From positions 1 to 64,000 of the forward strand of contig NIVC01000570.1 in NCBI GenBank assembly GCA_002269645.1: a stretch of 64,000 bases of DNA, given 5' to 3'. Position 1 is the stretch's first letter; every line of letters starts with the position of its first letter. This stretch comes from Macrostomum lignano (Eukaryota). A program made the position numbers and the translations under genes. Positions 61,758 through 64,000 of this stretch are shown here, in pieces. The notes beneath the pieces are model-generated. The model saw only the letters and a list, made by a program, of their open reading frames with translations, did no database searches and had not been told where the DNA came from.

Positions 61758-63539
61758 TCTCTCTCTCAGTACACTTGCCAAATTCCCAGCAGTTCTGGTG
61801 GCAGACTGGCCACTTTAATCCCATTTCACGCAGAGCACTGAGAGCACCCAGCTCATCATCCATCGCACTAAACCCTCTATGCTCATACATGACTAGCTCC
61901 GCTACTATATTCAATTCCCTCATCCAGCCTTGTAGTTTTCTTTGCCGCAAAGAATCAAAATCGATTGATTCAACGGCCCCCGCCATCAAGCACGGCTGTT
62001 TTATTTCTAGCACCTTGTTATAGCACTCTGATGCCCATTATGTTAGATAGAGGATCATGTCAGATAGGATCATGTCAGATAGGAGATCATGTCAGATAAG
62101 GGATCATGTCAGATAGGAGATCATGTCAGATTAGGAATCATGTCAGACAGGGGATCATGTCAGACAGGGGATCATGTTAGATTAGGAATTATGTCAGACA
62201 GGGGATCATGTCAGATAGGGGATCATGTCAGATTAGGAATCATGTCAGATTGGGGATCATGTCAGACAGGGGATCATGTCAGATAGGGGATCATGTCAGA
62301 TAGGGGATCATGTCAGATAGGGGATCATGTCAGACAGGGGATCATGTCAGATTAGGAATTATGTCAGACAGGGGATCATGTCAGATAGGGGATCATGTCA
62401 GATTGGGGATCATGTCAGATTGGGGATCATGTCAGACAGGGGATCATGTCAGATAGGGGATCATGTCAGACAGGGGATCATGTCAGACAGGGGATCATGT
62501 CAGACAGGGGATCATGTTAGATTAGGAATTATGTCAGACAGGGGATCATGTCAGATAGGGGATCATGTCAGATTAGGAATCATGTCAGATTGGGGATCAT
62601 GTCAGACAGGGGATCATGTTAGATTAGGAATTATGTCAGACAGGGGATCATGTCAGATAGGGGATCATGTAAGATTGGGGATCATGTCAGATAGGGTATC
62701 ATGTCAGATTAGGAATCATGTCAGATAGGGGATCATGTCAGACAGGGGATCAGGTCAGATAGGGATCATGTCAGATAGGGGATCATGTCAGATAGGGGAT
62801 CATGTCAGACAGGGGATCATGTCAGATAGGGGATCATGTCAGATAGGGTATCATGTCAGATTGGAGATCGTGTCAGATAGAGGATCATGTCGTATAAGGA
62901 ACTATCAGTCGGGAGTATGTCAGTTTCAGAAGACAAAAAGTTAAAGAACAGTTTCGTATCAGCTGGGGATTAAGCAGGCTGAGTCATAATTAGTTTCGTC
63001 CTTGTCATTAATTTAAACTTTGCTTGTTCAACTTAAAAAGAACTGTAGGAAACTCCCGGAACTCTTTGTCCACTCATAGGCTCACCAGAGAAGTCATCAC
63101 TTAAGGTAGAAAAGTCCTGTGGGCAGAAGAGGTGCCGGACCCAACTGACAGGGGGTCTGCCCCCCCCCTCCCCCAACCCCCAAAGCTTCCATGTCGGAAA
63201 TTGACTTGGCCCCCGTCTGCGCAAAGTGAAAATGGTGTTGAAGCGTTTCTTGACCATTCGGGTCGGGAGCATTGACAACAGCTGTTGGCCAGGCAGAGAG
63301 GTTTATTGCCCCTTCCAGAGGGCCGCGGAGCCCACAGCGCCACCCCATGCACCTCTCTGCTGTTCTGTGCTTTCCGCAGATTGCCAGCAAGCCGGCAAGC
63401 AATTCGCTGACGCACGTCATCGCTAAGGCTGGGCGTGACTCCGCCGGGGTGTACAAATGCCAGGCCGAGACGGACCTGCCGTTCTTGGTGCAACGAAGCC
63501 GGAGCAGCGGCAGCCTGGAATTCGTGCTGGCCGTCAACT
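56423..63539 (+). CDS. Immunoglobulin-superfamily secreted or membrane protein, first 4 exons; continues beyond the window
   Basis: Exons 56423-56576 (signal peptide MMLRQTSSGLLLAVGLLMFGWTCA), 57070-57429 (360-nt phase 1-1 exon), 57812-57963 and 63380-63539. The second Ig domain is split by a phase-0 intron: VTIICTASGPAQLSVTLLKDNRE|IASK...RDSAGVYKCQA (DxGxYxC-type motif). It ends at a phase-1 donor, typical of Ig domain boundaries. Confidence 0.75.
58040..58210. repeat. (TCTA)n microsatellite near the IgSF exon 3 donor
   Basis: Direct inspection. Confidence 0.95.
58788..59082. repeat. 42-bp minisatellite, about 7 copies
   Basis: Unit CCTCAGTGTCTCAGTGCGGTCCTTCGGAGGGTGCACTCTGAT. Confidence 0.95.
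60805..61389. mobile_element. MITE/foldback element with roughly 130-150-bp inverted arms
   Basis: 60805-60955 matches the reverse complement of about 61262-61389 (TATTGTTTTTGACAA...GCCATTCTAAATGAGAATTT). The terminal TA could be a TA target duplication. Confidence 0.7.
62043..62890. repeat. 17-bp minisatellite (GGGGATCATGTCAGATA)n
   Basis: Direct inspection. Confidence 0.95.
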
Positions 63540-63540
63540 G

Positions 63541-64000
63541 TGAGATACAGACTGTGACAGCTAGATGCAGACTGTGACAGCTAGATACAGACTGTGACAG
63601 CTAGATACAGACTGTGACAGCTAGATACAGACTGTGACAGCTAGATACAGACTGTGACAGCTAGATACAGACTGTGACAGCTAGATACAGACTGTGACAG
63701 CTAGATACAGACTGTGACAGCTAGATACAGACTGTGACAGCTAGATACAGACTGTGACAGCTAGATACAGACTGTGACAGCTAGATACAGACTGTGACAG
63801 CTAGATACAGACTGTGACAGCTAGTTACAGACTGTGACAGCTAGATACAGACTGTGACGGCTAGATACAGACTGTGACAGCTAGATACAGACTGTGACAG
63901 CTAGATACAGACTGTGACAGCTAGATACAGACAGTGAAAGCTAGATACAGACTGTGACAGCTAGATACAGACTGTGACAGCTAGATACAGACTGTGACAG
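63541..64000. repeat. 20-bp minisatellite (ACTGTGACAGCTAGATACAG)n starting at the IgSF exon 4 donor
   Basis: Direct inspection; runs to the window end. Confidence 0.96.

Overview
This is eukaryotic (animal) genomic DNA, not prokaryotic: no CRISPR array, rRNA or true tRNA gene is supported. Four conserved intron-containing housekeeping genes lie in tandem on the minus strand: UBE2H, a 14-3-3 epsilon-type gene, a PP2A B56 regulatory subunit and mitochondrial ribosomal protein uS5m/MRPS5. I reconstructed their exons by hand with consistent splice phases. Also present are a probable orphan single-pass membrane gene (minus), the first four exons of an Ig-superfamily gene (plus, running off the window) and a probable terminal exon of a convergent plus-strand gene. 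Introns and spacers hold more than 30 unrelated micro/minisatellite arrays and several non-autonomous DNA transposons with intact TIR/TSD, plus a tRNA-derived CORE-like SINE. GC3-rich exons among dense minisatellites suggest the flatworm Macrostomum lignano or a relative; this is inference only. Best-supported notable items: a textbook U12-type (minor spliceosome) intron in UBE2H; minisatellites that appear to be seeded from transposon or SINE ends and splice junctions; a SINE tail forming an acceptor tract; apparent frameshifts in the MRPS5 last exon; and a Gly/His/Tyr/Asp repeat ORF with synonymous-biased variation. I did not find convincing evidence for a wholly new biological system.
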